Positions 47,541-61,050 of a stretch of DNA of 64,000 bases are shown one piece after another (the first letter of the stretch is position 1; the number at the start of each line of letters is the position of its first letter). The notes beneath the pieces are model-generated. The model was not told the DNA's origin. It worked only from the letters and a program-made list of their open reading frames with translations, and searched no databases. The stretch is from Balanoglossus misakiensis (Eukaryota; Animalia; Hemichordata): NCBI GenBank assembly GCA_040954595.2, contig CM082597.2:6223749-6287748 (forward strand). Direction: 5' to 3'. A program made the translations under genes and the position numbers.

Positions 47541-48185
47541 CGTGTCACTGACAACATTTCACATTTTGAATCTTTCTACATCCCTGAAAGAAATGAGTAC
47601 AGTAGTGTACAAGTGACAGAAAGTGTGTCTTGTACATTGTATTCCACTTCCAGTGTATTTTCGTGTATTCCAAAACACAAAAGAGATATATATATTCTTT
47701 AATATCAATCACGAGATCTGGCCGTGTAAACCATGGCATTGTCATTACAGGTGACGGGCAAGCAATATTTCGGCATCCAGTAAAAGTTTTTCTGGACGTG
47801 TTTTTACCTTAGAACCACCAGACAGATAACATGTATCAGGCATGGTGCCTCATCAGCCTCATGGCTTTTTGTCTGCACAGTCTTTGTCTGCACCACATTG
47901 CCTGTCAGCTGGAAATTTGAATAATCATGCATGTAACTGCATATGACGTCATTTGATGTAAAAGAATAGTAAGATGAAGACCTATGTATTAGTGGTGGTG
48001 GTGGGGGGGGGTTATAAAAGTGTTATAAATTACCTCATTACACACATTTTGACATGCGTTGCCATTACTAGCAACGATTTTGTCAGTATTTTCCAGCCTG
48101 TGCTGAAGTTTATCTATAGATAAATCGTTACACAAAGTGAGATCTGTCCGGCCCTAATCATGGTTGGATCTTACTTGAAGTTTAA

Positions 48186-48356
48186 AGGTACAGTCACCTC
48201 CTATTTACATATGTCCATAAATGGCAAAAATCATGTGTTCTAAGGAACATATGGTGGCGCTCTTTTTTGCGTGTGCCACCCACTGAAAATCTGTGATTGG
48301 CTAGATCTCAATTATGCCATGGTATTAACTAAATTTCCATAGGTGACCATATACCT
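48186..48356. mobile_element. TTAA-flanked MITE (AGGTA...TACCT, Kolobok-like)
   Basis: TTAA|AGGTACAGTCACCT ... AGGTGACCATATACCT|TTAA. Confidence 0.7.
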
Positions 48357-48374
48357 TTAAAGTTTAAAGCTGTA

Positions 48375-48620
48375 CTTGTATATTGTGAATTTGTGTTAAA
48401 TTTGTCTTGATTTCTATAGAGTACTCTATACAAGACAATTTTACTTTAATAGAATTTATGGCAGATTTTATTTTCAGTTTATGTTAACAGAATTGCTTTG
48501 TGTGCTTGTATATTTTGAATTTGTGTTTAATTTGTCTTGATTTCTATAGACTGCTTTCTACCAGATAATTTTACTGAATGGAATTTATGGCAGATTTTAT
48601 TTTCAGTTTATATAAACAGA
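48375..48620 (+). repeat. Two-copy ~130-bp tandem duplication
   Basis: cttgtatatt..gaatttgtgtt.aatttgtcttgatttctataga...gaatttatggcagattttattttcagtttat occurs twice. Confidence 0.8.
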
Positions 48621-51600
48621 ATCGCTTTGAATCAACTCTACAAAGATTTATGTATCGTAAAAATAATTACTTGTGAAAAGAACTGTAGTTTGGTTTTAAA
48701 TGTGGGAAAAATTCTGTACTTTGTCATATAGTTGAATTTATACAGGAAAGATGAACAAATATTTTTCAAATCAAAGATGTGAATTTTAACTGAGCAGCAC
48801 AAACAAATACAGAACTGCCTGACCTCCAGTAACCTCGCAAACTTTTCAATTAATTTGTGAAAACTGTGTGTTCATACATGTAGTTGCATAAAAGCTGTAT
48901 AGCAGTTTCATGAATGATTTACAGTGTTTCATTCAGGATGGCATGAAAAGAGGGATATGTCCCCTTTTGCCAGAATATTTGATGGGATTCCACTCTGGCA
49001 AGGGGGTAGTAATATCTCCAACATGTGAGTGACATCATTTTAAGGGGCACTGGTCCCCCCTTGACAAATTTCTGGGGGTGCCTACATGTCAACAGGGGGT
49101 AAATCCCCTCATCCCTGTGTTAGTGGGCCACCTCTATACATTGAAAAACTGTCCATAGTGGCCACTGTGTTAGAGTCCCTGTACAATTTACATGTGAATT
49201 AAATTGACCTGTCTATAAAGGCCAGTTTAGGAAAGTCCCTTCACTGTCCACTATAGACAGGTTTAGCTGTATCATTTTGTTCTTTCATAGACAATGCTTG
49301 CTTCACTAAATTTTCTGTAGAAAAAAGAATACATGTACACAGTTGTATCTATGATGGGTTAGAACTGTTCTATCTTGTGTATTACATAAAATGTAGATTA
49401 ATAAACATATCAGTTCATTTCAGTACAAATAGACTAATTGTCATTTATTCTAGACTGTGGCCAAAAACTTGTGTGAGGGCTCTCCATCACCTCTGACCCC
49501 TACACAACATGTATACATTCCCCACTTGTCTAAGCGCTGACCTTTTTTGTGTGGAGTCATTGACACACCAGTCTTAACCCTTTTACCCACGCCCTTTACG
49601 GCTACACTGCTGAATTCACTACTGACCATGATTTTACTCTTTAAGCGGTTGAGGCTGTCAGACGATCAAGTGTTCCCACTGCCCTGTTACTATACTGCAG
49701 GTAACCCTACACTTTATATACAGCTTGGTTCCCATAGGTGACCATTTTGGCTCATGACTAGTACTTGTTTATTTGGCGATGGAATAGACACACAAAAATT
49801 TAAGCAATTATGTCTCATTTGTGTAGTTTGATACAAGCCATCATATTGTGATTGCAACCAGTTTATTATTTTATTGTTCAATTATTTTCTTGTATCATTG
49901 TGTCAATGTTTGATTGACACTCACGTCTTCACAAACATGTTTGCATAAGATACTTTTCATCTGCACATAAAATCATAAAAAATGCTTAAAGTGTTGTACC
50001 ATTGAACCTCAATTTTGTCCTCATCCTGAAAATAAACAATCAATACACTCTGACTTTTGCTGTAAAATGTTTTATTTTACTGTCATAGAATAGTAATACT
50101 GTATACAACAAATTACAATACTGGTATTCTGTTAAAAATATAAACTTTGTATCGGCCTTGCCAATATCCAGAAGGCAACATGACATTGAGAAATTTTTGG
50201 ACAACATATTGTGCTTTTCTTTAAAAAAAGCTTTTAAAAACATGATCTGAAAATTAGAAATGTTGTGTGTAAACACTATATATACGAAAAATAAAACTTG
50301 TAAGTACATTTATATAAGAGTTTGTTAAACTCTGTCACTTATTTCTTAAACTAGCCACCAGCTGCCATGATAAAATATGGTCGTATAAATACGCTTTTGA
50401 GTTAAAAATATATTTTAGGGATAAAAAAGGTTGACACAATAAGAAACATTAAGAAAACAAAGTATATCTATAGTAAATAAATAAATGCATATAAATATTG
50501 TCGGTATAGCATGTATTGAAACAGTTGGACAACCAAATTAAACATCAAAATAAAAACATATGCATTAATTTTGAGTTACATGATAGCGGATTTAATTTAG
50601 TGAATTAAGACTTAAAAATTCGAAATTTTGTTCTTACATTTTTTTGTTTTGTCTATCAACTGCAAATACTTGTCTGACTTGGTAAAAATGAGAACAGCCC
50701 ATATGCAGTTGTCTTGTTGTTGAAAATGGGATTTTAGGCCAGACTTGAGTTTCTTTGTCAACAACAACAACAATAACAACAATGCAGGTTTGTTGTTGTT
50801 GTTGAAAATTGGATTTAAGTCCAGACTTGAGTTTATTTGTCAACAACAACTACAACAACATCAATAACACCATATTATCTCGCTTGGGAAAATTTCCCGT
50901 TTTACAGTATTCATAGCAGCTAAATAAGATGCCTCTGTTACTCCTAAGCAAAGATTTTTACCCTGTACATAATACGGTATATGGCAGTAAAAATATTTCT
51001 ATAATTTACAAAGTAAATATCGCTGGTTAAAGTTTACAAATTCTGACATGTTTTCAAAAAACTTTACTCTGTGGCATTATGTGGGATCACTCTTATTTAT
51101 AGCCATTGATATCATGTGGCATGATTTCCTTTGACCGAGGCATCATATGGATGTCTGCTATGGGGTTTATACAGGGACCATTAAGGTGTTTCTGAAAATC
51201 TCAGGTCAAATACTGGCGTAAATGATTATGTGTGAACGGTTAAAGTGGTCCTGAAACGTCTCAGATTTGAGACGGCTTTGCCGGCCAGACCTGAGCTGGT
51301 GTAAGGATTAACACCTCTCCGCAACCCATCGTCTATGGGGCCGAGCCTCAGCGCCTATACATATACTTTGTGTGTGTGGACACAACACAACTCAAAGGAT
51401 TAATGCTCTGTGTTTACCATAGGCAAATAGTGTCTCTGAAACGTTTCAAATATTACCCTGTGTGAACCTGGTAAAACCTACACTACTGACAAATAACAAA
51501 GAGATGTGTGAATGTAGACATTGTTTTGTTATACAAACTTTTCTGAACTGAAGGCACAAAAAGCTTTGTTAAAATTATTACAATGCAACAAACTTTTAAC

Positions 51601-52287
51601 AGTAATGTTGCTTAGATGACATAAATTTGCTTGACGTACAAGTGGTAAATGTGATTTTTGAGGATATTTTGCATATGTATCATTTTGGCAGTTAACAACT
51701 TCATTTCAACAAATCCTTACTTGAGCCAAGAGGTCTATTAACGCTCCATTAGCTGTAAATTTTTGTCATGTTTTTGGTATTTATGTTTTGTGTATCTACT
51801 GCAGTTTCTTGTTCAAATTCCTGAAGAATGATGAAATTCCCAGCATAGCTTATCAACACAACATGTTTGTGTATAGTCAATATTGTTATTGTGCAAAATT
51901 TGAATTCAAGTCCGAACTAGAATTCATTTGTCAACAATAACAATGGCCGCTACGCACACACAGGCTGTGATGACAAGTGGAGTTCTGGGTTTATTAGCAT
52001 TCTGTTTGTAGTAGAACAAGAAATTGCATGTCATACGCAACAAAAATACTGAAAGTAAAGCAAAAAGATATAAACAGCTAATGTCCCTTTAATAAATGTG
52101 TATTGGCATGTGTAGTTTATGTGAAATTTGGAAGTTGATGGACGGACCTACATAAATATACAGTATATCACTCCTTCAGATATCATTCTCACCAAGCAGG
52201 TAAAGTGTATATACAGGCACTACAATGTACAGGTAATATCTGTTGATGCTTACACTTAGAGATGTTCAACAAAGACGTGTTTCAAGT

Positions 52288-54361
52288 TTACACCAAGACT
52301 TGTTTTTCTTGTACCGTCTGTTGCTTGATTTTCAATAACTTTGCAATGGTAGCGTGCCGGACACTGATTTCATGGTGTAGAGAATCTCTTTCTTGTAAGA
52401 CGCCCACGAGATGACTAGATACACCTGTAATAGAAAATAGCAAATAGTTGCTCATCTTGCAAAATAGCCAGTAGAGTAACTGGAGCTTTCAACCCTTTCA
52501 CCACGATGGTTCAGTCCAAAGCCATTGTTCTGTATGGTAAGCTTGGGCCTCTAAAATAGGAACTGGGGGTGAAAGGGTTAAAGGACGATGATCGTCTAAT
52601 GTGCATGTGCCAAACCAGAGACTCTTGTTACAAAAATTGTATACAGTCAGAGCCATAAGGCAGTGTGCTGTCCTAACAACAGACAAGATGGCGGCGACCA
52701 CAGTCTGTTTTGGAGACAGAAAAAAACAAATTGGGTGAAACGAAGGGACAAAACTAAAGTCAACCTAAACGGTGCATATGAAATATGGACGAAAGTGATG
52801 GCAGTCCACTATATGAATGCGTCCCACAAAAACTTGCAGAACATTTTGATTGGATGTAATGTTTGTAAACACAAAATTCTTTCCCTATATTTAGAGATAT
52901 TCTACAAGTATTTGAATGTAATTACCTTCAACTTTTGCTGTCATATCATTAACTATTTTCAGAATATCTGTGGCTGGATACATTTCCACTGAAAAGGAAT
53001 AAAAGAGTAAGTACTGATTAATATTTTCCTCGTAACTTATTGTTTAAAATTTGTAACATGATAAATCCTAAATGGTTAAAAAGGTTATATTATTCTACAT
53101 GTGGATATATAGTGAATCAACGTTCAACCACACACAACTTCCATCCCACGTGTATGATATCAGAGTAAAACTCGCCCAAAATGAATACTGTAAATGGTAG
53201 AGAACGACTATTCTTTTTGGCGAGTTTTTTCACTCTCCTGTCTTCAAGCGGGATGGAATTTGTGTGTGGTTGAACATTGATTCACTACATATACACATGT
53301 ACATTAACATAAATGGTGTCTTGTATCAAATATAATTAATGGAAAAAAGGCAGCAAGAGAGAGACTTTGTCCTTTTAATCTTTAGTCTCGTTAACAAAAG
53401 CTCACTTACACTGCTTTGCTGTGTACAACTGGAAACTTTGGTGTCGACCAATACCATTGTACATGTCATGTGTTGTGAGTTGATCATCACCAGCAGTTGA
53501 AAATAAAGACACATCCGCATCAATCTTCTTCTCATCCGAACAATATTGGTCTTTCAAGTTTTCAGCACCTGTCACTTGTTGCTTGTTGTTATCACAGAAT
53601 CTGTGGAGTTCTGCTCGAACATTACCATTGGTTAAGACTGTTCGTTCGCAAAGATTGCTTTTTACCTCGAAGGCACTTCCGCGAGTTGGTTCCTCGGCAA
53701 GTTTTGTCTCGGCTGTCTCTTTCTCTTGATCGTCTCTGTTCAATCTATTTTCCTTGGTCTCTTCCCACTCGCTGGGTATTTTCCCGCCAAATAGATACCG
53801 GATGTAGCTATCCTGCAACGCTGACATCGACTCCTCGTATTTCTTCTGCATGAGTTGGCTGTCGTGGCTGTTTCTACGGTGACACGGCGCGTGGCTGGGC
53901 GACGCCCTCGGACTGACCACGGGGCTCGAAGTCCTGGTGCACGGCGTACTGTGTACTCTCAGTTTGTTGTCGCAGTCGCCGTGTATCAACACGTCCTTCA
54001 CGAAGCTCGACTTCAAAGACGTTCCCACAAGGCCGTGGATTTTCCCGGTGATGACCTCGCTGATGCGTTCGGCCGGGATCGTATCCATCTGGGAATAGAC
54101 GGAAATTCTGGGGTCCGGAACGACGCTGTTTTTAACAGCATGATGACTGCTGGCAAAACAAACCGAGTGTGCTTTTGTGTCCACGTGGACGATCCTATTG
54201 AAGCCCTCTTTGACAAGCTTGACAGTTTCCGGTCCCAGACAGAACGGACAGGACACTAAAGTCTCTCCAGTGTCCTGATGGCAGAGTCCACATTCCTGAC
54301 TGTCTAAATTGATGGAGACAAAGGATTCGTCCGTTCCCATGCATTCTATCGGCATATCCAT
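52288..54361 (-). CDS. ~383-aa protein with an N-terminal CxxC...CxxC...HxxC cluster and a C-terminal SCHIP-1/FEZ-like coiled coil; complement(54361-53410, 52988-52926, 52424-52288); non-coding exon ending at 55807, coding exon starting at 54482
   Basis: Two phase-1 GT-AG introns give an open frame ending YTAKQLEMYPATDILKIVNDMTAKVEGVSSHLVGVLQERDSLHHEISVRHATIAKLLKIKQQ...LV*. IVND[LM]...LVxxLxxRDxLHxE matches my recollection of the SCHIP-1 C-terminal motif. Confidence 0.8.
52493..52577. mobile_element. ~85-bp piggyBac-like MITE (CCCTTTCACC...GGTGAAAGGG|TTAA)
   Basis: Same family at 61051-61148, 61227-61312 and 61775-61859, with degenerate copies near 3265-3385 and 59677-59761. Confidence 0.75.
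52582..52860 (+). mobile_element. Dispersed ~270-bp repeat (copy 3 of 3), sharing its TTAA with the adjacent piggyBac-like MITE
   Basis: Homologous to 1395-1660 and 34076-34350. Confidence 0.75.
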
Positions 54362-55228
54362 CTTAACGCCGGAGTTGATGACAAGGATATATGGCACGTA
54401 ACTTCAACTGTTATGAATCAACTGTCCTTCAAATTTGAGTTGTAAAAATCAGACATTGCCATTCCATAGTTTCTTCACATACCTTGAGGGGGGAAAAGAT
54501 ATTTTTTAGACAATTAAAGGGCGACAATTGTTTTATGCATGGATGTACCACAGTACGTCCATGGTTTTACTAAATCATGTAAATGACTACAGTGCATGAT
54601 CGCATAGTATAAATAATTCAGATACTCTTTTATAAAATCTCCAAAGGACATACATGTACCATGTACTGAACTGGGTTATAGAAGGGGCTTCCCCCAAACA
54701 GGTCAGTGAATGATGTAATTACATGTATTTGATTTAAGGATTTTGATACGATTGTAGGCAAGTACAGTACGACATACATATTAAAAGCCCCCCCCCCCCC
54801 CCCCCCCCCCCACATTTAAGCATTCCCAAATCCAGGTGACCCCCCTCCCCAACTTTATTCAATGGTTGTGCTATGTTGTCTAGCTCCCTTGCATGCAAGA
54901 TAGCTAGAATCTCTAGCCCAGCTGTACAGTAGGTCCCATTGTTCTGAGGGTGCAATAGCTGCAATACTGTACTGTTGCTTGCGGGTTTTTTCCTGGTGCT
55001 TTCAGTTGAATGGGGGAAAAACATGCACACATTTTGCCCCCCCCCCCCTCTTCTCCTCCCCAACACCATGCAAAACCTACAGCTACTGTATGGTGATGCT
55101 GTTCTATATCAGTAATGTGAGTGTGTAAAAATTAACAGGACAAAGCCTCACACTTTTATATCCACAGAACTGATACACTAGACATAGTACAATTTAAATA
55201 AACCAGTCTAATGATATAGTAGTCTTAT

Positions 55229-55271
<43 letters not shown>

Positions 55272-55292
55272 ACAACAACAACAACAACAACA
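55229..55292 (+). repeat. (CAT)n(CAA)n microsatellite
   Basis: Direct inspection. Confidence 0.95.
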
Positions 55293-56719
55293 CTATGATT
55301 TGTTGGTGATTTTCACATGTGCAGTCATATCAGCTGGACAAGCGTCCCAGGCCAGGCCTGCGGTGGCTCCATTATTCATGGAAGTCTTGTCGATCAAATG
55401 ACAAAAGCGTGGTCATGGTGATTTTACACAGGCTGTAGCTTTCGCTGGTCGACCATGGACGTAAAAAGACTTTGAAGAAATATATATTGTCCCCCGATCG
55501 TTGGCTACTCATTTATAGATTGAATCACAGTGTCTCTGGGTGTCAAATCTGCGACACGCGCCAACTACACATGACAATAGACGTCCTAAAATCAGAACTC
55601 ATTCAACAATGCAAGTTTGTATACACGGTCAACGTACACGATTCGCACGTCGAGAGGACAGAGCGGTATCCTTCAAATAAGATGATAAAACTCTAATCGA
55701 TCGGTTATTTTTTTAAGTTGTCCTAAAAACCCAGTAGATATACATGAATTTAAGCGACCAACTTCGCGTTGATCTCAGAGAAATACGGGATAGACATTCC
55801 ACTCACCTTCAGCTGTGGTGCATTCGCTTTGTTTTCTTCACGAGTACTGGCGGATGTGACGTCGGTAATCGAGAAAGCTCAAAGAAGGGAAAACACGTGA
55901 AATTTACATACCGTGTGAACTTTCAACTGGGACTCCCCCGTCGCGTCGTGAGTCAGAGACAGTATTAAACATGTACTATTACCACTAAATTTCTATAGTA
56001 GTTTCACTTGAGGTCAATGTAATCTGACGAATGACTTTTTCCAGGGTTTGTTTTTAATTTTGACAGCAGACAGATGTGGCAGACAATGCCTCGCATTACA
56101 AATGAGATCATTGCAAGGACAGTTTTGGAACAAATTATATCTTTTGTTTCTAATGTTCAGTTCGACCCTTTGAACACAAACTTACTGAGATGTCATGTTG
56201 ACCGTTAAATAGTTTGATTTATTACGCGAGGAGTATGAGATTTGCAAAAATGTTTAGGCAATTTTGCAAATATGTTTATTCAAAAATCAACAGGTGAGTG
56301 TCAACAATAACACTCTGACCAAATATCAAACCCGACTGCCAAATATATATTGATCAATGTAATTATAATTTTCTAGTTGCATCAGATATCAGCAGGGGGG
56401 GGGGGGGGCTTCGCGGTTGATTTTATAGTTGCATCATTATCAGTAGGGCTTCGTATCTCATGGGTCTGTGCGTGTACTGGCCTGTCCAAACACACATCAC
56501 ACGGCCATGGACATTGGAGGGGGAAAACTGTCTACGTCTTGGCAGACGAAGATGAATATCCCAGGGTTTACATGGGGGATGCAAGATGCAGTCAACTTTA
56601 CGCAAGATCTAGGCAATCGATGAACTCGTCATCACTTCGATAGTAACAATGATATCATCGACCATAAATAGAAACAGGTTCAGTATCCTAGTAACAACCT
56701 TGGGTTTCTGAAAACAAGC

Positions 56720-56825
56720 TGCAACGTCACCGAAACGGGACGATTTCATTGGCCGAATAATTAATTAGGTGATACGTCACACTTCCTATTTGGAAACCTC
56801 TTCATAACATTCCGCCATTTTCAAG
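56720..56825 (+). promoter_or_regulatory. BTG proximal promoter motif cluster (CRE-like ACGTCA x2, reverse CCAAT, ETS-like CACTTCC, YY1 CCGCCATTTT)
   Basis: ACGTCA at 56724 and 56774, ATTGG at 56748, CCGCCATTTT at 56812; about 350-450 bp upstream of the ATG. Confidence 0.5.
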
Positions 56826-57170
56826 ACATTCGTTGGAAAACTAGAAGCGCAACAAAGCAATTTCGAGGCAGAACAGCGTCGTTCAAGACAGTTTTGAGTC
56901 GCCTGAAGCAAAGTCTGAAGAGCCTACCCGCTTTTGAGAAGATAATTGAAGTCACAGAACGGCCGCGGTACACATTTCGTGAATTTTCTTTGTTCGGGAG
57001 ATAAAACCAAAGTGGGACGTATACGTCATACCCGCGGTTTATTTTGTCACATCCTGTTCACGGAAAGGGCTTCGTGTAAATTACTCAGAACCAAGGACAC
57101 AGTTGATATTAACTGAGCCCTTCGCAAGATTAAGTTATCAAAGTTATCAAATGACAGACAAGCCATCAAG

Positions 57171-58926
57171 ATGAAAGACGAAATAGCAGCGGCAGTGGTT
57201 TTCCTCGCCCGTATGGTGAGAAACGGCAACCAGCTGAACAAAGAACAAATGGACGATTTCGCGGACAAACTCACAGCGGCCTTAGTGGAGAAGTTCAAAA
57301 ACCACTGGTACATAGACAATCCCGTGAGAGGTCAGGGTTACCGTTGTCTACGGTTAAATGATTCTGTGAGACCCGAACCACTCCTTGAAAGAGTAGCAAT
57401 CGAGTGTGGATTGAAGTATTCGGACCTCAACTTGCCGCTTGAAATGACGCTATGGGTAGATCCGTCTGAAGTTACTTGCAGGTAAATCTAGTTTCACCGT
57501 CTTGCAGAAAACACCAATCAGAAAATAACATGTCCACATGTTGCTATGATGTCTGTTTTATGCACTATTTTATCGGGTTTATTTCAAAATACTATTAGTT
57601 TTTGAAATAGACGAGGGTGCCTCCGATTGCTGAAAGGAAGTGGGCGCCGCGCCAGAACAATGAAGCCATGTTTATATCAGCGCACTCGATTGTTCAAAAC
57701 TACTTCCCCATTCACATTTATTTGGGTTGTTTTCCTGATAAAGACACATCCTGAATTTTATCACGGAAGACTCTGTGTTTTAGGAGAATCCTGTCTTGTG
57801 TTGGGCAAACCATGGATGTTCTGATTTCCTCTCATGAGACCTACCCATGGTCATGATGAGTAAACTTGGGTGTAACCCCATTATCATGACATTACACTGT
57901 AGTAATGTTATATGATGCATTGTTGTGTCATCCTCTGTCAGTCAACCTGAAGGGTAGAGACTGGGAAAAAAAATGCTTCTCTGTGTTCCAGCATTACATG
58001 TACATCTACAAAGCATTAACACGATAAATTATTCTGAATTTGAACACATGTAGTAGTACGTGTTGAAAATGTCAACGCTAGATGCATATTTAGGCAATTG
58101 CAAATGATTGTAAACTTTAGTCAGAATACTTTTTAGTTTGGTAACGAACAAATAAAATGTGGGTCACGTCGGTCGTCAATATGAACTCAAGCTGTGGATC
58201 AACCCAAAATGTCTTACCATATCTAACGACATACATGTAATTGCAGTTTGATGTCCCCCCCCCCCCCCCCCCCCCCCCGAAGGAGACGATATTTCTGCAC
58301 AGTTGTGATACAATGTAAAAGCTACCGATACCATCATATGTCATCTTGTACTGGATTAATATTAATCATTAGCTATGCCTTACAACCTTGTGCATGTACA
58401 CATGTTTAATGTAAACCGGGAATTTTTTTGTGATATCAGAGGAGGCAACTGTTATGCGACGATTAATTTTTGCGTTCTCGTACTTCACTAACTGCATCGT
58501 TATCTCAGAAAGACATTTTTACACGACTTTCTATTTTCGCATTTTTTAGCTATCGGAAAGTTGGCGAAAATTTATGGTTCACGAAAATTTCCTGTTTTAC
58601 AGTACAATGTATGCATGGAAATGGAAGTGATAATCTTTTGTAGTGTGGGGAAAAAAGAGTTGAAACCTCAGTCAGTGGTTTCTTGCTTTTATTGCATTAA
58701 CAGGTTTGGAGAGATCCAAGGTACATGGTGCACAGTGGCCGAGTTCTCAACAAATAAAGACAACCGAGAATCCGACTACCGAAATAACAACCAAGGCATT
58801 CCTTCGGTCAGGCCTGCGAAGACAGTCAAGAAACCGTACTGGAAATATCCGTCCAGAAGTAACAAGGAAATCAGTTCCAGTGACCAGTATCTATGGACCC
58901 CCACTGCGGTGAATGTACCAGCGTAG
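57171..58926 (+). CDS. BTG3/4: BTG/Tob antiproliferative family protein, BTG3/BTG4 type; join(57171-57481, 58704-58926), 177 aa
   Basis: MKDEIAAAVVFLARMV...FADKL...EKFKNHWY...P.RGQGYRCLRLN (box A) and LNLPLEMTLWVDPSEVTCR|FGE (box B). Phase-2 intron gtaaat...aacag. Confidence 0.95.
58409..58602. mobile_element. TA-flanked mariner-type MITE in the BTG intron
   Basis: Homologous to 60793-60981 and 36535-36742; ends ttttacag|TA. Confidence 0.75.
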
Positions 58927-60792
58927 AGTGTACTTGTAAGTCTGGCTGGGGACTGGTGTTAATACCCCCCTCACAGTTTGTCTGTCTGTGTGGGGTTTTT
59001 ATTTAATTATATCGGTGAGAGTTTTTACGTCGAGATGAAAATGGTGGGGTTTGTGTGTGTTTTGAAAAAGTCATTTTCACTCGACCATCAGAAGCATTCC
59101 TTGTGAACAATCATACAGTTTCATACATTAGTAGTTTTTGATAGAAATATTTGGCAAAATCACCATGGTCACAGAGTACAGAGATAAATTTAAGATGAAT
59201 TCAGGGATCTGTGTGAGTTTGTTTGAATGTGATTCACTTTTTCAAAAATTATCATGCCTTTTTTATCTGTTGACGAACTGGAACTGGTTATCGAATTAGG
59301 GAAGTGTGTTGTGCAGTATGTAAATTTCGGATGAGGTGAAAGTTTTGGATTGTGTTTGTGTTTTCTGAGTTCAATGCTCCTTAAGGAACATGTAAAACCT
59401 TGATACTTATTGTTGTAAGTTTTGAATGAACAATGTTGTGATTTTTTTGTCTGGAGAAAAGTATTATCAATAATTCACAATAATTCCTTCTCACTGCCTG
59501 ATAATCACATTTATTTTTCTAACAAAATGTCAAATCGTTCTGAAGTCATTCCAGAAATTCACACCCAGTGACTAAATTGGATGTTAAACCAGTTACACAT
59601 TACTGCATGACCAGCCATTCCATTTTGGGTTTATGTATCTTGACAGGTTGTGTCAATAGGCCTTTCTTGTAGGTAACCCTTCCACCCCTACACCCATGTA
59701 GTTAGGTCCTACTGTACCATAGGAAATAACAGGGTTATTCCAAAGTGTTGTGGTGGAAGGGTTTGAGTGATCAATAGTTCAAACAAGACACATTTTGAAA
59801 TGGTTTATTATAAAATTTCTCAGAAAAAAAAACATGTTCTGGTATGTAGTTGCCCATTGTTCTCGAGGATAATTTGTTCACTTGACTTTGGACAACGTAA
59901 AATGTATTTCTAGGCATTTATGGTGACAATTTATTCATACCAACTGCTGTGCAGTTGCCATAGTAATGCCTAGAAAACATTAAATCATATCACTTATGGT
60001 AGTAGACCTATTGACATAGTACATCAACATACATCCATTAACTGTTAATAAAGTACAGTATTGACATAAAAATATATCAAACTTGCATTGAGACTGACCA
60101 AACACTATTTTTTTAAAACTAATCATTTTTGTGTCCGATTTGGTGTTTTTAAGATTTTTGCTGTTGTATGTGACAATTTGCGATTATGACAAAAATATTA
60201 CCTTTTAACAAGTTTTTGTCAGTACTAAATATTATATGTTTCTAGGATTTTAACTCCACTATTTGTGACAGTGGACTACATTTTGTATTGTGTCACCTTC
60301 TACAAATTATTGGTTGTTGTACAAGAGGTAGTTCTTGTCATAAGGTACATTGAACTGAAATGTCTGTCAATGAGGCACAGTCTAAATTATCTAAAGTTTC
60401 TCTGTTATACCTTAGAATCACTCAAAACCTGCAAGCTATCATGGCATCTTTGATTTCAGAAAAAATAGTTCTCTCTTATCGAAACTTGATTTATTGTGAA
60501 TTTTTCACATCCGGATAGCTCTTTTGGAAAAGGCGCCTTTTTTGACACATCACACCCAAAATGCCCTCTGACAGACTTTACGGTCTTGTACAATAGTGGA
60601 AGTTTGTAATAATGTATGAAGTTTTGTAGAGGTAGAATTTTAATGTTTTTCTAGATGTTCTCGTTTTGGATTTATATAAAAACAATCAGTCAGGAAATTG
60701 GTGTATATTCTCTAAAACTTATCCAGATATTCTATTATTGCATGTAAACAGTACATTGGCTGAACCCGGTAGGGAATGCTTGACGCTACATA

Positions 60793-60981
60793 CTGTAAAA
60801 CGGGAAATTTTCGCGATATCAAAAGAGGCAACTGTTACGTGACGATTAATTTTTGCGTTCTCATATTTCACTGCACTGTTATCTCTGACAAACATTTTTA
60901 AGCGATTTTTTATTTTCGCATTTTTTGACTCGCGAGTAGTTTGCAAAAGTTTATCGTTCGCGAAAATGTCCCATTTTACAG
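60793..60981. mobile_element. TA-flanked mariner-type MITE
   Basis: TA|ctgtaaaacgggaaattttcgcga ... tcgcgaaaatgtcccattttacag|TA. Confidence 0.85.
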
Positions 60982-61050
60982 TAACGACAATGATATGACA
61001 GTGATAGCAGTGGTATATTGTGTGAAAGGTGGTGCAACACTAAGTTTTGA

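Noticed and set aside
56785-56793. CArG/SRF box in the BTG promoter
   Set aside because: CCTATTTGG has five, not six, A/T bases between CC and GG.
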